Shown here one piece after another: positions 38,508 through 48,013 of a stretch of DNA of 64,000 nucleotides (positions within the stretch are counted from its first letter, which is position 1; each line of letters begins with the position of its first letter). Location: the NCBI GenBank assembly GCA_021771695.1, contig JAETON010000008.1, forward strand, positions 8,089 to 72,088, read 5' to 3'. This DNA comes from Lachnospiraceae bacterium. Its GTDB lineage: Bacteria > Bacillota > Clostridia > Lachnospirales > Lachnospiraceae. The notes below the pieces were generated by a model that was given only the letters and a program-made list of their open reading frames with translations, did not search any database and was not told where the DNA came from. The position numbers were made by a program, and so were the translations under genes.

Positions 38508-39176
38508 CTACCTTCTATATTCCTTTATCATCATAAAAAATGCTATCAAAAGCAATCCGCTGCACAGCCATATAGATTCTTGATGAAAGCTTTTTGTTAA
38601 AAAGCCTCCAATAACAGCACCAAAAATAAAAAATGTAATGACTCCATAATAATGAAATCCTTTGTTCCATAATGTCTTATCTCCCGTCTGCCAATACTGA
38701 ACAAAAGATTCTGTCCCACTTCTTAAATTTCCAGTACACATGGTGCTGGCAAAAGGATGTCCATGAACCCGCCGAAATGTTTCTACCTGCATGGCACATA
38801 CAAAAGAAATCAACACGTTGGCTATAACATCCATCCTTCCCAATGGGATGAATCCTACCACTGCTATGAAAACAAATTCTAAAAAAACAATTCTTTGTCT
38901 CCAATGAAGCTTCTGTTCTTCCTTAAACATCCTTTTTATAATCTCCACTAAAATCACTCCAAAAGCAAACGCCAGGATCGGAATAAAATAATATACAGCT
39001 TTCTGCATATTTCCTTTTTGAAGATAAACTCCAAGTAATACAATATTTCCTGTCTGTGCATTGGCAAATACATGCCCTCGAAGCAAATAGCTGTATGCAT
39101 CCAAAAAGCCGCCAACAATTGCTAAAAGTGCCGCCAGCAGAAAACTCTCTGACATTTGAAGACGTTCTTCTTCCAT
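38508..39176 (-). CDS. YoaK/DUF1275 membrane protein
   Basis: 'GGFLDAYSY', 'FANAQTGN', 'STMCTGN'. Confidence 0.88.
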   Translation of the reverse strand: MEEERLQMSESFLLAALLAIVGGFLDAYSYLLRGHVFANAQTGNIVLLGVYLQKGNMQKAVYYFIPILAFAFGVILVEIIKRMFKEEQKLHWRQRIVFLEFVFIAVVGFIPLGRMDVIANVLISFVCAMQVETFRRVHGHPFASTMCTGNLRSGTESFVQYWQTGDKTLWNKGFHYYGVITFFIFGAVIGGFLTKSFHQESIWLCSGLLLIAFFMMIKEYRR

Positions 39177-40459
39177 CAGAAATCCACTTCCTTTCCTGCA
39201 GAATAAAACGCTGTCATTAATTTTATCATCTCTTTTAAATCTTTGGTCCCAGCCATCTCATAGGCAGAATGCATCGCCAATTGCGGCAATCCAATATCTG
39301 CAGACCGCATTGATACCTGCCCAGTTGAAATATTTCCAAGAGTAGAACCTCCCGGCATATCAGAACGGTTAAAAAATGTCTGATACGCAATATTTTCTTT
39401 CCGGCAAAGATATTTTACCACAGAAGCTGACTGTGCATCCGTTGTATACTTCTGTGCAGCATTGTATTTCAACACAATTCCTTCATTTAAATATGGACGG
39501 TTGGATGGATCTGTTTTATCTGTATAATTTGGATGCACTGCATGTCCATTGTCGGCAGACAACATAAAACTATCTGCAACTGCCATTAGATATTCTTCTT
39601 TTGTTTTCCCCATAACATGACATATCCGCTGCAAAACTTCTGGTAAAAAAGTAGAACCTGCACCCTGCTTAGTACCGCTTCCTACTTCCTCATTATCAAA
39701 AACGCAGCACATCGTTACATAATCTTCTGATTTTGCCTGCAGTAATGCACAAAGAGATGCAAATACACATTCCAAATCATCTAGTTTCGGAGAAGCGATA
39801 TATTCTCTTTCAGTTCCCAGCACTGTTCCTGACATACGATTATACAAAAATAAATCATAAGATAAAATATTCTCTTTTGGAACATCCGCCTCCCTGGCAA
39901 TTAATTTCAACAACGTTCCTTCTTCTAAATTTCCTCCAAACAGCGGGAGTAAATCAATCTGAGGATTTAATTCCTTTTTATTGGATCCTCTAGTCATATG
40001 AATTGCCAAATTCGGAATCATCAAAAGATCTTGGTCGATATTCACCAATTTAGTTTTTAATTTCCCATTTTCTTCTATTATAATACGTCCTGCCACAGAT
40101 AACGGACGGTCAAACCATGTTTCCAAAATCATTCCGCCGTACTTCTCTATATTAAGTTTCGTATAATGTTTCTCTATTTTTATTTCCGGACATTCTTTGA
40201 TACGGAAAGTTGGTGCATCACTGTGGCTGGCAATCAAATGAAATCCAGAAAAATCTTTCTTCGGAAGATGAAAAGCTAACATCGAACTATCATTTCTCGT
40301 AACAAAATAGCTTTTTCCTTCCTCAAGATTCCAATACTCTTTTTCTGATAATTCTTCAAAACCGGCTGTACATAACTGTTTTTTCATATTTTCAATCACA
40401 TGGAAACAACTTGGACTTTTTTGAATAAATTCCAATAGATGCTTTACATTCTGATTCAT
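39176..40459 (-). CDS. M18-family (aspartyl) aminopeptidase
   Basis: 'SPSCFH', 'SHSDAP', 'WFDRPLS', 'LDDL', 'DNEEVGS', 'SAD.GHA.HPNY', 'GGSTLG', 'MHSA.E'. Confidence 0.93.
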   Translation of the reverse strand: MNQNVKHLLEFIQKSPSCFHVIENMKKQLCTAGFEELSEKEYWNLEEGKSYFVTRNDSSMLAFHLPKKDFSGFHLIASHSDAPTFRIKECPEIKIEKHYTKLNIEKYGGMILETWFDRPLSVAGRIIIEENGKLKTKLVNIDQDLLMIPNLAIHMTRGSNKKELNPQIDLLPLFGGNLEEGTLLKLIAREADVPKENILSYDLFLYNRMSGTVLGTEREYIASPKLDDLECVFASLCALLQAKSEDYVTMCCVFDNEEVGSGTKQGAGSTFLPEVLQRICHVMGKTKEEYLMAVADSFMLSADNGHAVHPNYTDKTDPSNRPYLNEGIVLKYNAAQKYTTDAQSASVVKYLCRKENIAYQTFFNRSDMPGGSTLGNISTGQVSMRSADIGLPQLAMHSAYEMAGTKDLKEMIKLMTAFYSAGKEVDF

Positions 40460-40513
40460 AAATATGCCTCCAATGTTTTTTATTTTATACTTTCTTTATT
40501 TGTTTTTCATTCT

Positions 40514-41188
40514 CTACGCCTCCTGCTTTTTGAAATCTTCCATAATTGCAACACCAGCGCTGGTTCCAAGGCGTTCTGCCCCTGCATCCACCATTGCTAA
40601 TGCAGTTTTCAAATCACGAATTCCTCCAGCAGCTTTTACCTTTACTTCATCTCCAACCACAGATTTCATTAATGCAACATCTTCTACTGTTGCCCCTCCG
40701 GTTCCAAACCCAGTGGAAGTTTTGATAAAATCAGGTTTCACTTCTTTCGCAATTTCTGCAACTTTTCGTTTTTCATCATCGGTTAAATAGCAGTTTTCAA
40801 AAATAACTTTAATCAAAACTCCTGCTTCTCTGCACACAGCGACAATCTGTTCCATTTCTGTACGGATGTAATCATAATTTTTATTCTTTAATTCTGCTAC
40901 ATTGATGACGTAATCAATTTCATCGGCACCTTTCTCAATGGCATCCTTTGTTTCAAACACCTTGCACTCAATGGTCGTTTGTCCTAATGGAAATCCAATA
41001 GCCGCTCCCACATGTACCGGACACCCTGCAAGTTTTTCTTTACATCTTACCGTCTGTGCCGGATTAATTGCCACCATGGCAAATCCATATTTTCTCGCTT
41101 CATCACATAATTTCTGGAATGCCGCATCATCTGCAAATGCTTTTAAATTTGTATGATCAATCATTCCTGCTAACTGTTTCTCTGTCAT
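40514..41188 (-). CDS. deoC: Deoxyribose-phosphate aldolase family (intact copy)
   Basis: 'IDHTNLK', 'IGFPLG', 'GADEID.V', 'KVIFE', 'KTSTGF', 'KAAGGIR', 'RLGTS'. Confidence 0.93.
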   Translation of the reverse strand: MTEKQLAGMIDHTNLKAFADDAAFQKLCDEARKYGFAMVAINPAQTVRCKEKLAGCPVHVGAAIGFPLGQTTIECKVFETKDAIEKGADEIDYVINVAELKNKNYDYIRTEMEQIVAVCREAGVLIKVIFENCYLTDDEKRKVAEIAKEVKPDFIKTSTGFGTGGATVEDVALMKSVVGDEVKVKAAGGIRDLKTALAMVDAGAERLGTSAGVAIMEDFKKQEA

Positions 41189-41235
41189 AGAATTGCCTCC
41201 ATTTGCTTTTACTTTTCTTTGTTTTCTTTTATTTT

Positions 41236-41994
41236 CTATAAGACTTTTGCTCCTTGTTCTTCTATATCCTTTTTCATATCTAAAGAAACTTTATCGTCTG
41301 TAATGATTACATCAAACTCAGGAATCTTGGCAAAAGAACAAACTGTTCGGATTCCGATTTTACTGCTGTCACATAATAAATATCTTCTTCTGGCAATCTT
41401 CATCATCGCACGTTTCATTTCTGCATTATCCGTATTAGGGGTTGTTGCTCCTTTTACTATGGATAATGCATTTGCTCCCATGAAGGCTTTATCCACAGAT
41501 AATTCTTCCAATGCACGAATTCCCATTCCTCCAACTGTACATTCAAAAGATGTCCGCACTCTGCCGCCCAAAAGAATCAAATCAATTCCAGCATTTTTTT
41601 GAAGTTTTAATGCAACCTGCAGATCATTTGTAATAACTGTAAGATTCCTTGCATCCTTTAACGATCCTGCCAATTCCAGCATTGTTGTTCCACTGTCAAT
41701 TAATATTGTGTCTCCATCCTGAATTTCTTTTCGGGCTTTTTGGGCAAGCTGTTCCTTTTCTTCTTTATATTTTTCATGTCTGGATGAAATAGAATCTTCT
41801 CCAAAAACAGGATCATCTTTTAAGATTGCACCTCCATGAGTTCTAGAAAGCAAGCCTTTCTCTTCCAGTTCAGATAAATCAATTCGTATAGTTGTACCGC
41901 TGACTCCAAATTCTTTTACCAATTCTGTATTGCTGACTCTTCTATTTTTCTTCAGCAATTCTAAAATTTTTTCCTGTCTTTCTTCCGCAAACAT
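41236..41994 (-). CDS. DeoR/GlpR-family regulator
   Basis: 'EERQ.KI', 'VS..TIR.DL..LE', 'RTHGGA', 'DSGTT'. Confidence 0.93.
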   Translation of the reverse strand: MFAEERQEKILELLKKNRRVSNTELVKEFGVSGTTIRIDLSELEEKGLLSRTHGGAILKDDPVFGEDSISSRHEKYKEEKEQLAQKARKEIQDGDTILIDSGTTMLELAGSLKDARNLTVITNDLQVALKLQKNAGIDLILLGGRVRTSFECTVGGMGIRALEELSVDKAFMGANALSIVKGATTPNTDNAEMKRAMMKIARRRYLLCDSSKIGIRTVCSFAKIPEFDVIITDDKVSLDMKKDIEEQGAKVL

Positions 41995-42072
41995 CCCATT
42001 TCTCCTTTAAAAGATATCTTTAGAAAAATTATATCTCATTCCTGAATTTCTGTAAATAAATGCGATTGGATT

Positions 42073-43102
42073 TTATTTTCTGGCTTCCTTAATTTTTTCA
42101 ATAATCACATCATACTGCTCTCCTGCAAGAAAATTATCTACAGAAAAATGAACTGCATTTGGTCTAACATCTTTTGCTCTCTGAGTTAGTGATTCATGTG
42201 TTATTACAATATCTACATCTTCCGGTAAATCAGGAATTGATACATTTTTAACTTCAATATCTTCAAATCCTGCTTCTTTTACCTTGTTCTTTAAAATAGA
42301 TGCCCCCATAGCACTAGAACCCATTCCTGCATCGCATGCAACAAATGATACTGCCGTAGATAACAACATTCCTGCAATAATTGGAATATAATCAGATTTT
42401 GGAGCAACCGCTAATACTGAAAAATAACTTCCTGGTGATGCTGTTGCAACCAACCCACAGTTAAATGTCTGAAATACAAAGTTACCAGATACAGCACCAC
42501 AGATAGATGCCAAAATCATCTGAGGCTTCATTAAAATAAATGGAAAATATGGCTCATGAATTCCCCCAAATGCATGGATTATTGCAACACCTGGTGCGGT
42601 TCTCTTTGCTGTACCTGTTCCAAAGAAACTATATGCTAACAGTACACCAACACCTGGACCTGGATTCGGTTCCAGAATAAACAGAATTGATTTTCCGGCT
42701 TTTGCTGCTTGTGTAATACCAATCGGTGATAAAATGCCATGGTTAATTGCATTATTCAAAAACAGCATTTCGTGCTTGTACTAATGGTCCAATTCCAAAA
42801 TATGCTGCCAAAACAAGAAAGATACCAAGAATACCCATAGTTGCTGCTGCACCAATTACACCTCCACGGTCGCCGTAAAAGTTCTTTCCTCCTGTATAAC
42901 CAATCAAAACCGGCAGTAAATAAGTCAACATAGGAGAAATTAGTTTTGCTATCTTTGCATTTGGTGCCCATCCTGTCTCTAAGAAAATTGCAGTAATTAA
43001 TCCCCATGTGATAAATGCTCCAATGTTTGGCATAACCATGCCGCTTAGTACACCTCCGAATTTTTGGATTTTTGCACGAAATCCCGTATTACTGTTTCCC
43101 AT
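42073..43102 (-). pseudogene. Mannitol-family (MtlA-like) PTS EIICB with three internal deletions and a frameshift
   Basis: Track ORFs 42752-43102 and 42073-42768 are pieces of one gene: '[12 protein letters not shown]', '[10 protein letters not shown]', 'E.NPGPG.G', 'GGIHE.YFP', 'ACDAGMGSSAMGA'; expected intervening segments are missing. Confidence 0.88.
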
Positions 43103-43114
43103 AGTTCTCCTCCT

Positions 43115-44131
43115 TTATAAATTTTTAATTGATTTCTCTTTCAGTGATTCATTTCCAATTTTCACAATCCGAACTGCCATTTTCCCGTCATGCCCGGTTG
43201 CCAAAACCTCAGTATCATCAAGAATTGCATCTACAAAAGCTGTATCTTCTGCCACATAAGCATCCTTGAAAAGATAGGTCCAGCTATGCATGGTCGGACG
43301 TTTTACATCATGATTTTTTGTACAAGTCATAACTTTTTTCTCATGAATATCTCCTAAAGAAATCACACCTTCCGTTCCAAGGACCTCGACTCTCGCATCA
43401 TATCCATATTGAACATACTGAGCACCTTCCACAATTCCCTGCATCCCATTTTCAAATTCCACATTCATAATCACATTATCGTAAAAATCAGGATACTGCT
43501 CTGCAATTTCTTTATTACGGTAATTACCTCCAACAGCATATAAGCTGCTGATTTCACTTCCTGTAAACCAGCGGACAGTATCAATATCGTGACTGCACAC
43601 TTCTCCTAATGGTCCATTGCTGATGGAAATATCATACATCCATTCTTTCGGTTTGCTTGGTCCTCTCGTATGAGATTTTACAGAAACAACTTCCCCAATT
43701 TCTCCAGCTTCAATCAGTTTTTTTGCTTCCTGAAAACTTTCATCAAAGCGGCGCATAAATCCAATCTGAAGTTTTACTCCGTTTTTTTCAGCTGCTGCAA
43801 TCATTTCATCGCATTCATTTTCATCCATTGCCATTGGTTTTTCACAGAAAATGTGTTTTCCTGCTTTGGCTGCTGCAATGGTAATTTCTTTATGAAATTT
43901 TGTCGGGCAGGCAATCACAACCGCATCAATGTCTGGATTTTTCATTATATCATTGTAATCTTTATAAAATAATTCGATCCCTAACTCATTTGCTGCTTCC
44001 TCTGCTACATTTCCAACCGGATCGCAGACAGCGATGATTTTTCCTCTCGGAACTCGTCCAACAAAGTTATGTCCATGAATCATTCCGGCTCTTCCGGAAC
44101 CAATCAGACAAACCTTTACTTCCTGTTTCAT
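43115..44131 (-). CDS. Gfo/Idh/MocA (IolG-like) NAD-dependent dehydrogenase
   Basis: 'GSGRAG', 'CEKP', 'IGFMRRFD', 'HDID'. Confidence 0.9.
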   Translation of the reverse strand: MKQEVKVCLIGSGRAGMIHGHNFVGRVPRGKIIAVCDPVGNVAEEAANELGIELFYKDYNDIMKNPDIDAVVIACPTKFHKEITIAAAKAGKHIFCEKPMAMDENECDEMIAAAEKNGVKLQIGFMRRFDESFQEAKKLIEAGEIGEVVSVKSHTRGPSKPKEWMYDISISNGPLGEVCSHDIDTVRWFTGSEISSLYAVGGNYRNKEIAEQYPDFYDNVIMNVEFENGMQGIVEGAQYVQYGYDARVEVLGTEGVISLGDIHEKKVMTCTKNHDVKRPTMHSWTYLFKDAYVAEDTAFVDAILDDTEVLATGHDGKMAVRIVKIGNESLKEKSIKNL

Positions 44132-44152
44132 CTCTTTTTCATTCCTTTCTGA

Positions 44153-44495
44153 CTACTGCTGTTTCTTATATTCTTCTACAATTGTTATTTTTCAATTCTG
44201 CGATATTGATTACATAATCAATCTCGTCTGCACCTTTTTCAATGGCATCTTTTGTCTCAAATACTTTACATTCTAATGTTGTCTGTCCCAGAGGAAATCC
44301 AATGGCTGCTCCTACGTGTACCGGACATCCTGCTAATTTTTCTTTACATCTTTCTGTCTGTGCAGGATTAATCGCTACCATTTTAAAATTATATTTTCTT
44401 GCTTCATCACATAATTTCTGGAATGCTGCATCATCTGCGAATGCCTTTAAGTTTGTGTGATCTACCATGTTTGCTAATTGTTCTACTGAAACCAT
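44153..44495 (-). pseudogene. deoC: Second deoC paralog with a large internal deletion
   Basis: First ~105 codons closely match the intact deoC, then the sequence jumps out of frame to 'IVEEYKKQQ*', which parallels the intact end '[10 protein letters not shown]'. Confidence 0.85.
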
Positions 44496-44557
44496 TTTGT
44501 ACCTCAACTTTCTTTATTTTCTTTTGTTTTATTTTGTTTTTCTTTGTTTATATCTTT

Positions 44558-44586
44558 ATATTACATCGGTTTCTTTTATTTGTCAA
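44558..44586 (-). promoter_or_regulatory. sigma-A promoter of the deoC'/PTS operon
   Basis: TTGACA-N17-TAATAT. Confidence 0.65.
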
Positions 44587-44857
44587 CTATTATTTTTTAT
44601 TTTTGAAACTAAATGAAACTAAGTGAATATTTTCCACAAAAAGAAGACCCTTCATACTGTGTATGAAAGGTCCCCATTGAAATTATGAAAAGATTTCCCC
44701 AGCTTCTTTGCTGTTACTTATTTTGTTGCTTTCTATGCATGAAGAATATCACTGTTTCTGCAATAACGTCAACTATATTTTCCTAATTTCGTTTCGATTT
44801 AGCCACAACATCCAAAAATTACTCATGTGGTTTGTTCTCTCTGAACAATCCTTTATC

Positions 44858-45568
44858 CTATTTCACCAAATCCTTCACAACCTCACCTGCTGCAATCAAT
44901 CCTGCAACAGCCGGCACAAAAGCTGTACTTCCGGGAATCTGCCGCTTCCCTCCTTCCTCAGAAAGTTTTACCATCGGCTCCATGGCTTTTTCTTTGGAGT
45001 ATACAACTTTTAATTTCAAAACTCCTCGTTTTTTTAACTCTTTACGCATCACTCTCGCCAGCGGACAAATGCTTGTCTCATAAATATCTGCCACTTCAAA
45101 CTGTGTCGGATCCAGTTTATTTCCTGCACCCATACTGCTGATCATTGGCACTTTGGCTTTCTGAGCCTGCATCACAAGTTCAATTTTCCCTGTGACTGTA
45201 TCAATGGCATCCACAATATAATCATAAGAAGAAAATTCAAACTCTTCTGCATTTTCCGGCAGGAAAAACTTCTGATATATCATAACTTCTGCTTCTGGAT
45301 TAATTTCCAGAATCCGCTCTTTCATCACTTCTGTTTTGGCACGTCCGACGGTTTTATGAGTTGCAATAATCTGACGATTAATATTGGATTTGGAAACCAT
45401 ATCATTATCCACTAATACGAAATGTCCAACACCGCTTCTTGCCAAGGCTTCAACAGTAAATCCACCGACTCCGCCGATTCCAAAAACTGCCACTGTACTT
45501 TGATTCAAACGTTCAACCGCTTTCTCTCCAAGCAAAAGAGATGTTCTGATAAACTGTTCCTGCATCAC
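44858..45568 (-). CDS. tcdA: tRNA threonylcarbamoyladenosine dehydratase (ThiF/E1 family)
   Basis: 'GIGGVGG...EALARSG', 'SNINRQ', 'DAID', 'SSMGAGNKLDP', 'CPLAR', 'GS..FVP'. Confidence 0.88.
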   Translation of the reverse strand: MMQEQFIRTSLLLGEKAVERLNQSTVAVFGIGGVGGFTVEALARSGVGHFVLVDNDMVSKSNINRQIIATHKTVGRAKTEVMKERILEINPEAEVMIYQKFFLPENAEEFEFSSYDYIVDAIDTVTGKIELVMQAQKAKVPMISSMGAGNKLDPTQFEVADIYETSICPLARVMRKELKKRGVLKLKVVYSKEKAMEPMVKLSEEGGKRQIPGSTAFVPAVAGLIAAGEVVKDLVK

Positions 45569-46542
45569 TTTTTCAGCTCTTTCATCCAGTTGTTCATTTC
45601 TTCGCTTGTTGCCATGGCTGCAAGAGCCCCCTCTTTGGTTGTTGTATATGCTGCATAGGCATTGGCAAAATCAAGATATTCGTGTAATCTTTCTTTACTC
45701 ACCGCATTTAAATCTTCGATTCCATCTCTTAAAATACAATAAATAAATGCACCAATGAAAGAATCTCCTGCTCCTGTAGTATCACGAACTTCCACACTGT
45801 ATCCGGACGCTTCTACCACACCATCTTTTGTATGAATTTCTGCACCATCTTTCCCTTTTGTATAAATGACATATTTTGCACGTCCCTCCAGCAATTCAGG
45901 AACTGCTTCTTCGATATTAGTATGACCGGTGATAAATTCCAGCTCTTCGTCGGAAATCTTGATTATATCTGCATATGGAAGAAAATCATTCACAGTTTTC
46001 TTTAACTGGTTCAAATCATCCCATAAAGAAAAACGAAGATTCGGATCAAAAGATACCATAACATTCTGCTCAATTGCCATATCAATCAATTTTTTATGTG
46101 CTTCCTTCATCGGAGACTCTACCAAGTCCACGCTGCAAAAATGAATCATTCCGCAATCATTTAAAATATTTTCCGGGATATCATCGACACTATAACGAAG
46201 GTCTGCACTGTTCTTTCGATAAAATTTAAAATCACGGTTTCCATCTGCAGCCAAAGAAACAAATGCAAGAGCTGTTTCTCCCTCTTGATCTCTAGCAATA
46301 TTGGATGTATCAATTCCTGCTTCATCCAGCACATCTACAATATAATCTCCAAATGGATCATCCCCCAGTTTTGTTAAAAATTTTGATGGAATTCCAAGTT
46401 TCGTCACTGCTCCCGCTACATTTGCCGGTGCACCTCCTGCAACTCTGGTAAAGGATGGAACATCTTTTAAACGCTGTCCTTTTAACTCTGGTATAAAATC
46501 GATTAATGCCTCGCCAATTCCGCATAATTTTTTATTCATCAT
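45565..46542 (-). CDS. scrK: Fructokinase (PfkB family)
   Basis: 'GEALIDF', 'GGAPANVA', 'FDPNLR', 'DTTGAGDSF'. Confidence 0.9.
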   Translation of the reverse strand: MMNKKLCGIGEALIDFIPELKGQRLKDVPSFTRVAGGAPANVAGAVTKLGIPSKFLTKLGDDPFGDYIVDVLDEAGIDTSNIARDQEGETALAFVSLAADGNRDFKFYRKNSADLRYSVDDIPENILNDCGMIHFCSVDLVESPMKEAHKKLIDMAIEQNVMVSFDPNLRFSLWDDLNQLKKTVNDFLPYADIIKISDEELEFITGHTNIEEAVPELLEGRAKYVIYTKGKDGAEIHTKDGVVEASGYSVEVRDTTGAGDSFIGAFIYCILRDGIEDLNAVSKERLHEYLDFANAYAAYTTTKEGALAAMATSEEMNNWMKELKK

Positions 46543-47995
46543 ATCCTCCCTTCATCTCAAAAGACTTCAATGGATAAACTGTTATTGTTCCTTCGCATTG
46601 TCCCTCCACGGAAAGTTTCCCCTCCAAGTTATAAATCCTTGATGTAAATGTTTCTTCCCCATGATTTACAAAAATCTCTACAGAAGATGTATCTGCAAAA
46701 ATTTGAAGGTGGTTTAAAGATTCTACGCGAACTTTTCTTGTAGTTCTCCCTGCTCCGTATTTCCCTAAATCCAATGTCAAAATTTTTCCTTCATAGGTCA
46801 ATGTAATTCCTTCTCTCAAAGTCATATTCATGCTGCTACACTTATTATACTCGACATTTGCTTCATAAACAACATCCCCAAATACAATTTTTTGTTCTGA
46901 ATCGAAAGTATTTACGGTAGGATTTCCTTCACGTAAATGTTGTAATTCATCCAATGGTTTCTGAATTAACCTTCCGTTTTTTACAGAAAGCTGTCTTGGA
47001 AGTGTCAAAGCGTGCTGCCACCCATTTTCTATCGTTGGATTGGTATAATCGGCATCAGGAATTCCCATCCATCCAATTAAAATTCTTCTTCCTTTTTCAT
47101 CTTCAAAGGTCTGAGGTGCATAGAAATCAAATCCACGGTCCAGAAGTTTTATATCTTCAATTTCATATTCATTTGTATCAAAATCGTAAGAGAGTTTCAT
47201 CACTGCATTTTGGTGAACATTTTCAAAATCAATTCCCTGTTTTTCTACCCCCTGAGGGCAAAAAATTAAAAACATTTGATTCTCAATTTCAAACAGATCC
47301 GGACATTCCCACATATACCCAAACTTTTCTTTGGTTGTGATACGGTTTACATAATCCCAGACTTTTAAGTTTTCTGACTGATACAGTAATGCCATTCCTT
47401 GATCGTTTTGATCCCTCGCTCCCAATATCATATAATATTTACTGCCATGCTTAAAAACTTTTGGATCTCTTACATGCTGCGTCATATCCTTCGGATAATC
47501 TTTCGTTGTCATCAATAATTCTTTTGTTGTAAAATCATGTCCATTTTTACTTGTAAAAGAAATTGTGTTGCTGCCTCTTCCTTCATGAATATAATCATAA
47601 TCATCCCGGTCAAAATATTTGAGATTCCCTGTATAAAAGAAATGTATCCTGCCGTCTTCTACAAACGCAGATCCTGAATAGGCTCCATGTGCATCCATAT
47701 CTGTATCTGGAAATAGCACAGGCCCATCATTTTCGTAGTGAATAAAATCTTTGGTCATATAATGCCCCCACAATTTTAATTCTCCAGTCGGTTCAAACGG
47801 CGTATACTGATAATAAATATGATACACACCCTCAAACTGACATAAACCATTTGGGTCATTCAACCAGCCGGTTTCCGGCATCAAATGAAACCTTAATCTC
47901 CTTGGATCAGCCGCTGCTTGTTTCCTATAATCTTTATTTTCCCTATACCATTTTTCATAATCTTCTTTCAGGACTTTCTCATATTTTTTGAACAT
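46532..47995 (-). CDS. scrB: Sucrose-6-phosphate hydrolase (GH32)
   Basis: 'WLNDPNG', 'YSGSA', 'RDP', 'WECPD', 'FYAPQT'. Confidence 0.93.
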   Translation of the reverse strand: MFKKYEKVLKEDYEKWYRENKDYRKQAAADPRRLRFHLMPETGWLNDPNGLCQFEGVYHIYYQYTPFEPTGELKLWGHYMTKDFIHYENDGPVLFPDTDMDAHGAYSGSAFVEDGRIHFFYTGNLKYFDRDDYDYIHEGRGSNTISFTSKNGHDFTTKELLMTTKDYPKDMTQHVRDPKVFKHGSKYYMILGARDQNDQGMALLYQSENLKVWDYVNRITTKEKFGYMWECPDLFEIENQMFLIFCPQGVEKQGIDFENVHQNAVMKLSYDFDTNEYEIEDIKLLDRGFDFYAPQTFEDEKGRRILIGWMGIPDADYTNPTIENGWQHALTLPRQLSVKNGRLIQKPLDELQHLREGNPTVNTFDSEQKIVFGDVVYEANVEYNKCSSMNMTLREGITLTYEGKILTLDLGKYGAGRTTRKVRVESLNHLQIFADTSSVEIFVNHGEETFTSRIYNLEGKLSVEGQCEGTITVYPLKSFEMKGGYDE

Positions 47996-48013
47996 TTCGT
48001 TTCCTTCCCAAAA

